This document shows positions 1-9,030 of a stretch of DNA of 64,000 bases, in pieces (within the stretch, counting starts at the first letter, position 1; every line of letters begins with the position of its first letter). Made by a program: the position numbers and the translations under genes. The notes beneath the pieces are model-generated. The model ran no database searches, was not told the origin of the DNA, and was given only the letters and a program-made list of their open reading frames with translations. Origin of the DNA: a virus (taxonomy: Duplodnaviria > Caudoviricetes); the IMG/VR virus record IMGVR_UViG_3300028284_000003, positions 43,643-107,642 of that record. One strand, written 5' to 3'.

Positions 1-259
1 CAACGGCCTTATCTGCTGCAAAATGAATAATACCTTCTGGATTTTCAGAATTTATTACTTTTCTTATTTCTCCTTTATTTTCTATAGTTAAGCGGTATGA
101 TTTTACCTTTTGATTTACTATATCTTCTATTCTAGAAATAACTGATCCTTCAGAATTTCTAAAATCGTCTATTATTATAGGCTCATGACCTGCTTTAATT
201 AACTGAACTACAGTATGTGAACCTATATAACCAGCTCCTCCTGTGACTAATACTTTCAT
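1..259 (-). CDS. galE: UDP-glucose 4-epimerase (N-terminal part, runs off window)
   Basis: Manual translation from ATG at 259: MKVLVTGGAGYIGSHTVVQLIKAGHEP..IDDFRNS...IIHFAADKAV, a GalE-type Rossmann N-terminus; not in the ORF track. Confidence 0.85.
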   Translation of the reverse strand, partial: MKVLVTGGAGYIGSHTVVQLIKAGHEPIIIDDFRNSEGSVISRIEDIVNQKVKSYRLTIENKGEIRKVINSENPEGIIHFAADKAV

Positions 260-272
260 AATTTAAAAATAG

Positions 273-346
273 TGGAGGATATCGGAGTCGAACCGATGAC
301 CTCCTGCGTGCAAGGCAGGCGCTCTAGCCAGCTGAGCTAATCCCCC
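273..346 (-). tRNA. tRNA-Ala(UGC)
   Basis: GGGGGAT TA GCTC AGCTGGCTA GAGC G CCTGC CTTGCAC GCAGG AGGTC ATCGG TTCGACT CCGAT ATCCTCC A: full cloverleaf, G3:U70, A73, CCA not encoded. Confidence 0.97.
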
Positions 347-352
347 ATCTTT

Positions 353-637
353 TTACTTCTCCTTAGAAGCAGTATTTAACATATCAGAAATAGATTTAAT
401 TAAACTATTTGCTAATAACTCTATAGCTTTCTTTTCACTATCGGCTTGATAAATTCTATAAAATCCATAAGAATTTACTATTTGACTTAAATCTAGTCCT
501 CTTTCTTGATCTTTAGTTTTAATAGCTAGTACTTCTTTTTTATCATCATTTATTGCTAAATAAACTTTAATGTCTTTTCCTAACTTCTTGTCTACCTTTT
601 CAATTAGTATATCTAATATGTGTTTCTGTTCTTTCAT
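353..637 (-). CDS. hypothetical protein
   Basis: ORF on coding strand preceded by promoter motifs. Confidence 0.7.
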   Translation of the reverse strand: MKEQKHILDILIEKVDKKLGKDIKVYLAINDDKKEVLAIKTKDQERGLDLSQIVNSYGFYRIYQADSEKKAIELLANSLIKSISDMLNTASKEK

Positions 638-642
638 GTTAA

Positions 643-668
643 TTATATATTATATTTTAGATTTGTTT
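643..668 (-). promoter_or_regulatory. putative middle promoter AAACAA-N14-ATATAA
   Basis: One of 11 intergenic copies with identical spacing. Confidence 0.7.
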
Positions 669-683
669 ATATATCTTTTTATT

Positions 684-932
684 TTAATATTCCTCTCCAT
701 AAAGACCATTCTTAATATCCTTTTCTTCTTGAGTTTCAAACTGATCCATTTCCCACATACAGTGACCATGTAGGTCTTCTAGCTTTTGATCAGTTAGTAG
801 ATCTATTTTTTCCTTATCAATATCTTCTCCAACGTGCTCATAATAGTCGTAAATTTCTACAAGCATCAATGCTCTTTTATTTAAGTCTGCTAATAATTGG
901 CTTGTCTTTCTATCGTTTGTTTGATTATTCAT
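684..932 (-). CDS. hypothetical protein
   Basis: ORF on coding strand. Confidence 0.65.
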   Translation of the reverse strand: MNNQTNDRKTSQLLADLNKRALMLVEIYDYYEHVGEDIDKEKIDLLTDQKLEDLHGHCMWEMDQFETQEEKDIKNGLYGEEY

Positions 933-956
933 TTTATTTTTTTTTAAGATTTAAGA

Positions 957-1565
957 TTATGATATTTTTTCTGCGATTAATGTTTTACCTCTACGGATTC
1001 TGTTTTTAACAGTTTGTAAATTGACTTTATGTTTTGCTGAAATGTCTTCGTATCTCATACCTTTTAAAAGTCTATCTTCCATAATTTCTTTATACATTGG
1101 TTTAAGATCTACAATTGCTTTAAGTGCACTTTCGTATTTTTGCATAAGCTCTTCGTCTTCTTCAATGTAGTCATTTTCAGTTTTTTGTTCGTATTCCATT
1201 AAGAGTCCATTTGCAGAACCATTAATAATACCATCATCTCCTACTTGTACGCCGAATTCTCTTAGCTGATCAAGAGATGATTTTTTGTTTCTTTCTTTAA
1301 TATAACCTAAAGCTTCATTGAATGCGATCTTGTATAACCATGTTGTAATTTGCCATTCTGGCTTATATTGATCTATTTTAGTCCACAGTTTAATTAGCAC
1401 ATTTGAAGTTAAGTCGCTTGCGATACTGTTGTCTTTTACTATTTTGTAGATATAAGTTTTAAGACCTGGTTTTACTCTGTTGTAAATTGCATTGTAGTCT
1501 TTTTCTGATCTAGTTGCTACGAAGTTTTCTGCTAATTCTCTGTATGTTATTTTTGTTTTTGGCAT
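957..1565 (-). CDS. ECF-type RNA polymerase sigma factor
   Basis: Region 2 (LIKLWTKIDQYK..ITTWLYKIAFNEAL) and region 4 HTH (MRYEDIS..NLQTVKNRIRRGK). Confidence 0.9.
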   Translation of the reverse strand: MPKTKITYRELAENFVATRSEKDYNAIYNRVKPGLKTYIYKIVKDNSIASDLTSNVLIKLWTKIDQYKPEWQITTWLYKIAFNEALGYIKERNKKSSLDQLREFGVQVGDDGIINGSANGLLMEYEQKTENDYIEEDEELMQKYESALKAIVDLKPMYKEIMEDRLLKGMRYEDISAKHKVNLQTVKNRIRRGKTLIAEKIS

Positions 1566-1584
1566 ATTTATTGTTTTTTTACGT

Positions 1585-1667
1585 TTTTAATTTATAATAC
1601 TAATATAACTATAATTTTTGACCCGTGAAAATTTTAAGGCACTTTTTTTCAAAAGTTATGAACAATT
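1585..1667 (-). promoter_or_regulatory. ~80-bp intergenic repeat, putative early promoter (copy 1)
   Basis: Plus-strand core ATAATACTAATATAACTATAA..TTTGACCCGTGAAAA, 9 copies, each just upstream of a minus-strand ORF. Confidence 0.8.
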
Positions 1668-1858
1668 TAAGATTCTCTATCCCATTGTTCATTATCGGCT
1701 GTGATTTGACACAATGTTAAGAACTCATCTTTAAGTTCTGCTAAAGACCATTCGGAATACTTAATTCCTCTAGGTCTAATCCCATGTGCGTCTTTATAAG
1801 CGTCGCTCATTACCTGTAAAAATTCTTTTTTAGTCCAAGTGTCGATTATGTCTGTCAT
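1667..1858 (-). CDS. small hypothetical protein
   Basis: ORF between two early repeats; SDAYKDAHGIRPR resembles a small phage protein family. Confidence 0.75.
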   Translation of the reverse strand: MTDIIDTWTKKEFLQVMSDAYKDAHGIRPRGIKYSEWSLAELKDEFLTLCQITADNEQWDRES

Positions 1859-1864
1859 GTTTAA

Positions 1865-1948
1865 GTTTTAATTATAATACTAATATAACTATAAACTTTG
1901 ACCCGTGAAAACTTTTAGGCACTTTTTTTCCTAAAAGTTATTAACAAT
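1865..1948 (-). promoter_or_regulatory. early repeat copy 2
   Basis: Same core as copy 1. Confidence 0.8.
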
Positions 1949-2060
1949 TATTTCTTAAAAATTTTTATTAAATCAAGGACGGTATTGCCCACGATAGAAA
2001 TTAAAAGCACCATTCCGAGAAAGTGCCATATTGATTGAAATGTAAATTCGAAAAATGTCA

Positions 2061-2585
2061 TCATGTTATTTCTTTTAATAAGTCCATAAGTGAATTAATA
2101 TCTTGTGGCTTAAAGTTACATTGATCAGTGCTACAATTTATCATTCTCTTTTTTGGTACTGTTTTGTATTTACGAGTTGGATAGCCTATAACTCCATAAT
2201 ACTTTTTAGATTTTTTAGGCCATTCCTGCATAGGCCAATAATTTAAACATATTTTTAAAGTATCAATTGAAAAATATGGATCTATTATTTTTACATTTTT
2301 AGGTAAATTACCCTTGTTGTAAAGATCTAATATTGGCTGATCATTTTCTCCAATTATCATAAAGATTTTTTTACCTTTTAATAATAGTAATGAATCATAT
2401 GCTGTTTTAGGATCCCATGCAAAATTACCAAGGTGATATACAACGTCTTCATTAGTTACAACATCGTTCCAATTTTTAATTAAATCAGAAGTCATTGAAT
2501 CTACGCTAATATAAGGGCGTCTCCATTTTCCAATGGCCGATTGACGCCCTAATTGCATATTACCTGTTATAAATGTTTTACCCAT
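2061..2585 (-). CDS. calcineurin-like metallophosphoesterase homolog, catalytic residues degenerate
   Basis: LIKNWNDVV..DVVYHLG scaffold retained, but DxH, GD, GNHD and GHxH read NMQ, GN, GEND and GYP. Confidence 0.75.
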   Translation of the reverse strand: MGKTFITGNMQLGRQSAIGKWRRPYISVDSMTSDLIKNWNDVVTNEDVVYHLGNFAWDPKTAYDSLLLLKGKKIFMIIGENDQPILDLYNKGNLPKNVKIIDPYFSIDTLKICLNYWPMQEWPKKSKKYYGVIGYPTRKYKTVPKKRMINCSTDQCNFKPQDINSLMDLLKEIT

Positions 2586-3121
2586 TAGGCTACTGTAAAT
2601 TTAATGTTGTATCTATTCCAAAGATCTGTCATTAACTTAACTTCTCTTGTGCCTGTTTGAGCATTCTTAATTTTTTGGTCTTTTGATGTATCAATAAAAA
2701 GATACATTACAAAGTCATAGCTTGTTGAATAAACAAGGCTTTGGCCGATTCCACTTCTTAAACTATTTCCACTCTCCCCTCTTCTAAACTCAATCGCTAT
2801 ATTCATACCGTTCATTTCTAGTACCATATCTGGTCTATTTAATGTTCCCATAAATAAAGTATGGTGTACAGTAGTGTTAACATCACCTTCCCATTTTAAG
2901 TTTTTCTTTACCTTTACCTTTGCCTTCTCAGCAGTAGTGTCAGTATTTTCAACTAAATATTGAGTTAGTGATTGTACAAGGTGAGGATAAACAAATTGTT
3001 TGATTTGATCTTCAGTCTTGTTTTTATAATCAATTGTATTAAATATGTCGTCTTGTGTAATAGCCTCAGAAATTAATTCCATGAAGTCTAATCTCTTTTG
3101 ACTCTTAGCCTTTTGTCTCAT
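2585..3121 (-). CDS. PD-(D/E)xK nuclease-like protein
   Basis: RPDMVL..IAIEFRRG..GIGQSLVY pattern (K replaced by R). Confidence 0.5.
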   Translation of the reverse strand: MRQKAKSQKRLDFMELISEAITQDDIFNTIDYKNKTEDQIKQFVYPHLVQSLTQYLVENTDTTAEKAKVKVKKNLKWEGDVNTTVHHTLFMGTLNRPDMVLEMNGMNIAIEFRRGESGNSLRSGIGQSLVYSTSYDFVMYLFIDTSKDQKIKNAQTGTREVKLMTDLWNRYNIKFTVA

Positions 3122-3641
3122 CTGCAGTTTCTAGAGTAGGTTCAACTTCTTCCGTATTCTCCATTGCAGTAATGTTAGTGTCAAGATCTCTTAATCTAAC
3201 ATGTATGTCTGAAATTTCTTTATTAGACTCAGTAAGTTCATTCATTGCATTAGTCACTGACTCACCTACCATTGTAAGCATTTTTACAAATTTTCTTGCG
3301 TTTTCAACGCCAGTTCCTTGTACATTTAAGAGTGCTTGATAGAGGCCATTTAACTCATAAGCCTTAAGTTCTAATGTTACTTTATAATCATCTCCTGCTG
3401 TTTCAAGTTCTTTTTTAATTCTACTTCTTTCTGCTTTTAACCTATCAAATAAAGTTACAACAATTGCTGCATTCTTAGTTTCCCAAGTATATCCTTTATT
3501 TAAATGGTCTTGTATTGTTTTAATCATTGATACGTCTTCGACTTCTACGTTAAAAATCATAGCCGCGTTTGCTTTTGCAAGTTCAGTAACTTTACCTTCA
3601 AGTTCTGTTCTTTCTGTTTTTAAATCTTCTAAATTTGTCAT
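3105..3641 (-). CDS. hypothetical coiled-coil protein
   Basis: Heptad-rich ORF with GATATATA motif upstream (3668-3675). Confidence 0.7.
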   Translation of the reverse strand: MTNLEDLKTERTELEGKVTELAKANAAMIFNVEVEDVSMIKTIQDHLNKGYTWETKNAAIVVTLFDRLKAERSRIKKELETAGDDYKVTLELKAYELNGLYQALLNVQGTGVENARKFVKMLTMVGESVTNAMNELTESNKEISDIHVRLRDLDTNITAMENTEEVEPTLETADETKG

Positions 3642-3675
3642 TGTTTGTTTGTTTTAAAATTACTATTTATATATC

Positions 3676-4149
3676 CTAAAATTCTGGATTGGTCACTCGT
3701 AGATCATAGTCTTCGAATTCGTTAAATTGCTTCATATCCTCTATCTCTCTTGACATTGGATGGTAAGCTTTGTCATCTCTTAAGATTAATCTAGTTAACC
3801 TCGTGGTAGGGTTAATGTCTAAGTAAATTATTAAACATTCCTTTTTAATTTCTTCTGGTAACAACTTAAGGCCATCTGGTGACATGATTAATACATCACT
3901 TTTTTGATATTCCTCTCTTGTCATTCCATATTTCCAACCTTTAAAATCCATATACTCAAGCATATCGCCTGCTTCTACGATTTTCATAAAAGACTCGTCG
4001 TCAGTATAGTAATAATCTACACCTTCTGTTTCTGTTTCTCTTGGAGATCTTGTTGTGTGGCTTACAGCTCCTTTAAAACCTTTCTCTGCAAGTCTTGCTC
4101 TAAAATAATCCTTACCTGCTGCAGCCTTGCCTACTAATATAATTTTCAT
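3676..4149 (-). CDS. gmk: guanylate kinase-like nucleotide kinase
   Basis: GKAAAGKD P-loop, SHTTRSPRETE.GVDYYY, YG motif. Confidence 0.88.
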   Translation of the reverse strand: MKIILVGKAAAGKDYFRARLAEKGFKGAVSHTTRSPRETETEGVDYYYTDDESFMKIVEAGDMLEYMDFKGWKYGMTREEYQKSDVLIMSPDGLKLLPEEIKKECLIIYLDINPTTRLTRLILRDDKAYHPMSREIEDMKQFNEFEDYDLRVTNPEF

Positions 4150-4325
4150 ATAGTGTTTAAGTTATCGATGTTTGACTTATCTAAATTGTCTAATCTTAAT
4201 TGTCTAAGCTTTGCTCTTAGGCTTTGTATTTCCTTTAAGTGGGAAGTATTAGTCTCGCCTGCTAATAGGCTTTCCATTTCCTTTAAGATTTCAATTTCTA
4301 TTCTGTTGTATTCAGCTTCTTCCAT
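4146..4325 (-). CDS. 59-aa hypothetical protein
   Basis: Manual ORF MEEAEYNRIEIE..; its TGA overlaps the gmk ATG; directly after a middle promoter. Confidence 0.6.
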   Translation of the reverse strand: MEEAEYNRIEIEILKEMESLLAGETNTSHLKEIQSLRAKLRQLRLDNLDKSNIDNLNTI

Positions 4326-4330
4326 GTTTA

Positions 4331-4356
4331 TTATATACTAAAAAAATTAATTGTTT
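4331..4356 (-). promoter_or_regulatory. putative middle promoter AAACAA-N14-ATATAA
   Basis: Exact motif and spacing. Confidence 0.7.
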
Positions 4357-5093
4357 AACTCTGACAGTGATTTATATTTAAAATTTCTTACAACATATTC
4401 TGAAGTAGGGTGATTGTTTACATCTACGCCTGCATCGACATGTGCATTTATTTTTACATTCATTGATTTACCACGATATTCCTTTAATAGTTCTGGATCT
4501 TTAAGCTCTCTGACTAGTCTATCATTATAAAATATTTTAATCACATCCGGTGTCCATAAACAGCCAAATTTATTAAAATGTTTTGCTGGATTTTTCCAAC
4601 CTAACCAATGCGTCTTTGGTCCTAAATGATAATTATCAGGTTGTTTGCCACAATGGAAATTAGTTTCTACTCTCCAAAAGCCAAATGGATTAAAAAGATC
4701 AAAGTGAAAAAAGTGTTCTTTGTTTTTTGAATAAGCTTCAAAGACATCAATTTCAGGTGGCCAACTTTCAAATGGACTCATCCAAAATGCAGGCCACAAG
4801 TTTTTACCCGTTGGCAACTTAGCCTCTATTTCAAAATATCCATAGCCAAAGCCATCGACACTTGATACTAAACCTACTCCTATTGGAATTTCAAGTTCTG
4901 TTAGTTCAGAATTGTAATGAAGCGCATTGCCTTTAAATGTTTTTGGATTCATTTGAGTCTTTAAAATCATTTCATCCTTTTCATTTATTTCTATTGCGCT
5001 TCTATCATAATAGCAATATGCTTTGTCAGGGTGATATGTTCCCCATTTTTCTCTTGGACGCCATTTATATCCGCCCCATTGTATATGTGCCAT
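4347..5093 (-). CDS. glycoside hydrolase family 16 (laminarinase-like)
   Basis: GYGYFEIEAKLP, WPAFWM, catalytic EIDVFE. Confidence 0.9.
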   Translation of the reverse strand: MAHIQWGGYKWRPREKWGTYHPDKAYCYYDRSAIEINEKDEMILKTQMNPKTFKGNALHYNSELTELEIPIGVGLVSSVDGFGYGYFEIEAKLPTGKNLWPAFWMSPFESWPPEIDVFEAYSKNKEHFFHFDLFNPFGFWRVETNFHCGKQPDNYHLGPKTHWLGWKNPAKHFNKFGCLWTPDVIKIFYNDRLVRELKDPELLKEYRGKSMNVKINAHVDAGVDVNNHPTSEYVVRNFKYKSLSELNN

Positions 5094-5104
5094 TTTATTT
5101 AAAT

Positions 5105-5434
5105 TTATTTAGTTGGATCATATAAGAAGTATTTTAATGTAAGTTCTTCCCCTGCTTTAATATCTTTAATTGTCCATAGATATAAATCCTTAGAATTTGT
5201 GTCATAGACTTGTCCTTCGAAAACTGTATCTGTTTCAGTATTTGGTGTTTTACTGTAATTTATAAAACCACCCAAAGGAAGTCTAATATAACCATCTTGG
5301 AAATTTTCGTTAAATACATGAGACAAGCCTAAACATGTGCCTTTTAAAATGTCTTCTGTTGCAAAAAGTCCAATGCCTTCTATATTTGATTTCTTTATAG
5401 TTAAGTTATCGGGTAAGGGTCTATAATATTTCAC
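5105..5434 (-). CDS. SET-domain protein
   Basis: GIGLFATEDI, GFINYS, DIKAGEELTLKY. Confidence 0.88.
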   Translation of the reverse strand: MKYYRPLPDNLTIKKSNIEGIGLFATEDILKGTCLGLSHVFNENFQDGYIRLPLGGFINYSKTPNTETDTVFEGQVYDTNSKDLYLWTIKDIKAGEELTLKYFLYDPTK

Positions 5435-5435
5435 T

Positions 5436-5819
5436 TTACTTAAATTTATCTTTTACTCTTTCTGAAATTGGAATTGCATCTCCCATTTCATCAATTCTTA
5501 CAAACTTTATATTTGTTTGTAAAATAATATTTTGTTTGCCATTATAAACATTGTGGCTTCTGGCTTCTAAATATAAATCTATAGAAGTTGTTCCTATAGA
5601 ATCAACCTTTGCGTACATTTTTAGTAGCTGACCTTCCTTTGCCGGCTTTGTAAAAACACATTTATTTATGCATTTTGTAACCATTCTTGGAGTATCGCAC
5701 ATTTCTGCTGCATAGCTTGCTGCAGCCGCATCTAACCAAGCCAAGAGTTTCCCTCCAAACAAGTTTCCATGAAAGCCTAAATCTGATTTTTTTATTGGGT
5801 GTGTACTAACTAACTGCAT
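5436..5819 (-). CDS. acyl-CoA thioesterase (HotDog fold)
   Basis: DLGFHGNLFGGKLLAWLD motif. Confidence 0.88.
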   Translation of the reverse strand: MQLVSTHPIKKSDLGFHGNLFGGKLLAWLDAAAASYAAEMCDTPRMVTKCINKCVFTKPAKEGQLLKMYAKVDSIGTTSIDLYLEARSHNVYNGKQNIILQTNIKFVRIDEMGDAIPISERVKDKFK

Positions 5820-5988
5820 TTACTATTTTTTGGCAACGTTCATATTCTTCTTCATTTTCGTAATGTTTTAATATTACATCTCTATCTGTATGGTCAACTG
5901 GTAACCAAAACTCTTCGCCTAAATCATCATAGTTTATTTCACCCATGTATAATCTATAAGCATTATCATATGATTGATCTATATTCAT
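5806..5988 (-). CDS. hypothetical protein
   Basis: Overlap-coupled small ORF; HYENEEEYERCQ resembles UVR-like helix. Confidence 0.55.
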   Translation of the reverse strand: MNIDQSYDNAYRLYMGEINYDDLGEEFWLPVDHTDRDVILKHYENEEEYERCQKIVNAVS

Positions 5989-6218
5989 TTTTCTTGTTCG
6001 TCTACGTCTATTATTTCTGGTTTATCTAAGCACTCATTAACTGCAGCATCTGACATATCTAAAACTTCTCTTAAATAATCTGCCACTTTTCTACAAGTTT
6101 CTTCTTGTGCATTCTTAATCATTGTCTCAAGCTGACCTTCTCTATAACTGTCTCTATAGAATTCTGAGTCTTCAAGCCAATTTATAAAAAGTCTAAGTCT
6201 ATTTTCTAAATTTTTCAT
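5985..6218 (-). CDS. hypothetical protein
   Basis: ATGA-coupled ORF. Confidence 0.6.
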   Translation of the reverse strand: MKNLENRLRLFINWLEDSEFYRDSYREGQLETMIKNAQEETCRKVADYLREVLDMSDAAVNECLDKPEIIDVDEQEK

Positions 6219-6730
6219 CCTCTTATTTCTTTAAGTTCTTTTTGTACTTTATTCCAATAATGTTGGGTCTTGATTTTCTTAGGGCCTCGAGGACCTCCAT
6301 TCCAACACCTTGCAATTACCTCATCACTGTCTTCTATGTGATGAAAGTCTCTCCAAACAATAAACATTTCAATAGATTTTTGTCTACTAAAACGATCTTT
6401 TCTTTTATAACGTAGTTTAGAACCTTGGATTTTTAAGATTCTATTTACTTCTCTCACCATAATTGGACGTATTTGTAAGACACCAACTGATGGTTCTCCT
6501 AAATGTTTATCTCCTAATAGATTTGACTTACCTCTACTTTCAACATTAATTAATGCATATATTAAAGTAGAATCTATTACCTTTACGGTATCATTAATTA
6601 CGTTAATTATTGTTTCGTTTTCTAAACAATCTTCTACATTTTCAGTATCGCCGGTGATAGAACCTGCCCAAAATGCAAATGGAACTAATAATGAACTAAT
6701 TCTTGGTATTGACATTGTTTCTAAAATCAT
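6215..6730 (-). CDS. lysozyme-like/transglycosylase peptidoglycan hydrolase
   Basis: ALINVESRG, GVLQI, IARCWNGGP; N-terminal hydrophobic stretch. Confidence 0.75.
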   Translation of the reverse strand: MILETMSIPRISSLLVPFAFWAGSITGDTENVEDCLENETIINVINDTVKVIDSTLIYALINVESRGKSNLLGDKHLGEPSVGVLQIRPIMVREVNRILKIQGSKLRYKRKDRFSRQKSIEMFIVWRDFHHIEDSDEVIARCWNGGPRGPKKIKTQHYWNKVQKELKEIRG

Positions 6731-6893
6731 TCTAATCTTTTTAGTTTACTGTGATATTTTAATAATAACTTTCTTGAAAATTGATCTACTGTTCCTTCTT
6801 CTATTACTTCTTTAACAATTAATTGGTGCAATTCATGAATTCTTGATTCAACGTAACTTCTATGTCTCATTTGTCTTCTTCTAAAAGAGAATT

Positions 6894-7145
6894 TCATATA
6901 TCTTTAGGATTTAACCAATCGTTTGCACAACATGAATTTAATATTTGAATTTCTTCATCGAGTTCATTAATATAATCTAATAATTTAGAGTTGTCAATTT
7001 GTAAGTCTAAATGTTGATCTACTAATAAAGCTTCTTTTTCTTTATAGTTTTTTTCTGAATTTTTTATATTTTTTCTTAAAATTATAATACACGATAAAAG
7101 AATTAAAATTATAAAAAATTGTACTAGTTTTAGTGCTTTTTTCAT
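6894..7145 (-). CDS. membrane-anchored coiled-coil protein
   Basis: N-terminal TM helix plus coiled coil. Confidence 0.6.
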   Translation of the reverse strand: MKKALKLVQFFIILILLSCIIILRKNIKNSEKNYKEKEALLVDQHLDLQIDNSKLLDYINELDEEIQILNSCCANDWLNPKDI

Positions 7146-7155
7146 TTTGTTTTCT

Positions 7156-8448
7156 TTAAAAATCTCTGGCTTCTTCGTAGACTGCTTTAATTACTGGGAA
7201 CCTTAGTGAATGTTCTCCTTCTTGATTTGTAGTTTCTTCGAAGTATTGCACGGTTATGGTTTTGTTTAATATTTTATTAGGATTTTCAAAAAAGTTTCTT
7301 TTTTGTTCAAGACTAAAGCCACTACCAACTTGTACCCTATTGCCTTTGTGTTCTATAACTACATTTTTAAGCATCATTTCATCAACTTCTTTACCATCTA
7401 CAATTACCCTGTTGATAGCATTTTCAAGATCAACTACTGTATATTCTGCATCGAACATTTTTTTAACCTTTAAAATGTCTTGGCTTCTCTTACCTTTATA
7501 AACATCATCTTTTCTTAGCATCAAACCTTCCCAACCTTCTTTGGCTGCGATTGCCATTTGTTCATTTACCATGTCTTCACCTGTCGTTAAATACTGTTGT
7601 AAATATTTAATATACTTTAGATTTGGATCTCCTAGAATCATCTCAAGCGTCTGCAGCCTAAGACATAGTGGCTCTTTTGAAACTTTATTAGTAAAATCTT
7701 CTAGTGTAATTAAATCAAATGCTTGAAATAATGGCTTTTCAATCGTGTGATCTTTTCTTTTAATTTCTTTAATAATAGATTGAAAATCCTCGTTTCCATT
7801 CTTGTCTACCATACATATCTCGCCATCAATTACAACATGTCTAAGGTCTAGACTCTCTAATTCATGTCTAACATTTTCTAGTGTAAGAAACGATTTGCCA
7901 CTTCTTGAGTAGAGACTTACTTCTCCCCATTCATTAAAAAATGCAAGGCATCTAACTCCATCGAGCTTCCTACTAAGATACCAATCATCTTCTGTAAAAT
8001 TTACTTTCTTTTTAATTTTATCATCATAGGCTGATGCTAATGCAACGTCAAATGTAGGCACGCATCCTGGGATTACCTTATTAATCATTGAAGCAGTAGA
8101 TCTTGTTTTAAGATTCCTGTCTATGATATTATAAATAAGATCTGCATGTTCTTCGTTGTTACTAATAAACCCATTAACTTCTGCAAGTGCAGCATGGCCT
8201 GTAATTTCTCTATTATCTAACCTATCTAAGAGATTAAACAAATTATTGCCAGCATGAGAGTTCATTAGGTCACTTCTCTTCTTTAGATTTTTTGAAGTAA
8301 CATAATATTGTTTAAATGGTGAGTATACATACTTGAGCATTCTAGTGACCTCTAGATCATCCTTAAACTGTTCTAATACTTTTAACTTATCTAAGTTTGA
8401 GTTTGATGAATTACTTTGCTCTACAAAAGCTTTTATTTTTTCTAACAT
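7156..8448 (-). CDS. ATP-dependent DNA ligase
   Basis: KLDGVR, DGE, EGLMLR, KVK, GSGF, LRFP. Confidence 0.95.
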   Translation of the reverse strand: MLEKIKAFVEQSNSSNSNLDKLKVLEQFKDDLEVTRMLKYVYSPFKQYYVTSKNLKKRSDLMNSHAGNNLFNLLDRLDNREITGHAALAEVNGFISNNEEHADLIYNIIDRNLKTRSTASMINKVIPGCVPTFDVALASAYDDKIKKKVNFTEDDWYLSRKLDGVRCLAFFNEWGEVSLYSRSGKSFLTLENVRHELESLDLRHVVIDGEICMVDKNGNEDFQSIIKEIKRKDHTIEKPLFQAFDLITLEDFTNKVSKEPLCLRLQTLEMILGDPNLKYIKYLQQYLTTGEDMVNEQMAIAAKEGWEGLMLRKDDVYKGKRSQDILKVKKMFDAEYTVVDLENAINRVIVDGKEVDEMMLKNVVIEHKGNRVQVGSGFSLEQKRNFFENPNKILNKTITVQYFEETTNQEGEHSLRFPVIKAVYEEARDF

Positions 8449-8459
8449 ATTTTATCTTT

Positions 8460-8525
8460 GTTTTAATTATAATACTAATATAACTATAATCTTTGACCCG
8501 TGAAAACTTTTTAACACTTTTTTTC
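8460..8525 (-). promoter_or_regulatory. early repeat copy 3
   Basis: Same core, upstream of ligase. Confidence 0.8.
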
Positions 8526-8643
8526 ACTTTTTTTCCAGTGCCATGCACCTGAGCCTATATAATAATCTTTTACATATCCCATTGCTTCCATTTCATACTC
8601 AATAGGTGTGCCATTTCTTTTAGAAGCTGTCATTGCATAATAA

Positions 8644-8868
8644 CTATTCAAGTCCACTTTCTTCTTTTATAATTTTTAAAAGTTGATGTAAGTTTATTGC
8701 CATAATTACAAGGTTAGTAATTATAATAGGCATGCTTAAAATAAGTAAACCATAAATTGTAAATAAAAAACAACCTATTGTATTAACAGTTCTTAATCTT
8801 TTTATATTTTGTATAGTAAACGAAAATATAACTAGAGCAGTTGCCACGTATCCTAAAATTTCTATCAT
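8644..8868 (-). CDS. YgjV-like small inner-membrane protein
   Basis: GYVATALVIFSF..RLR.VNTIGC..F..YG, three TM segments. Confidence 0.7.
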   Translation of the reverse strand: MIEILGYVATALVIFSFTIQNIKRLRTVNTIGCFLFTIYGLLILSMPIIITNLVIMAINLHQLLKIIKEESGLE

Positions 8869-8999
8869 TTTTCTAATTCTTTTAATCTTGCTGGAATTAC
8901 ATGTGTAAAGTTACAAGTGTCGCAGCATCTTTTATTATTAACAGGCTCTGCGTTATTACCAAAGCCTGTTATTTTATTGTTACATATTGAACATTTCAT
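8865..8999 (-). CDS. 44-aa Cys-rich (Zn-finger-like) protein
   Basis: Manual ORF MKCSIC..GNNAEPV..RCCDTCN..VIPARL, after a middle promoter. Confidence 0.65.
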   Translation of the reverse strand: MKCSICNNKITGFGNNAEPVNNKRCCDTCNFTHVIPARLKELEK

Positions 9000-9004
9000 A
9001 TAGA

Positions 9005-9030
9005 TTATATGAAAAAATGTAGTTTTGTTT
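9005..9030 (-). promoter_or_regulatory. putative middle promoter AAACAA-N14-ATATAA
   Basis: Exact motif and spacing. Confidence 0.7.
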
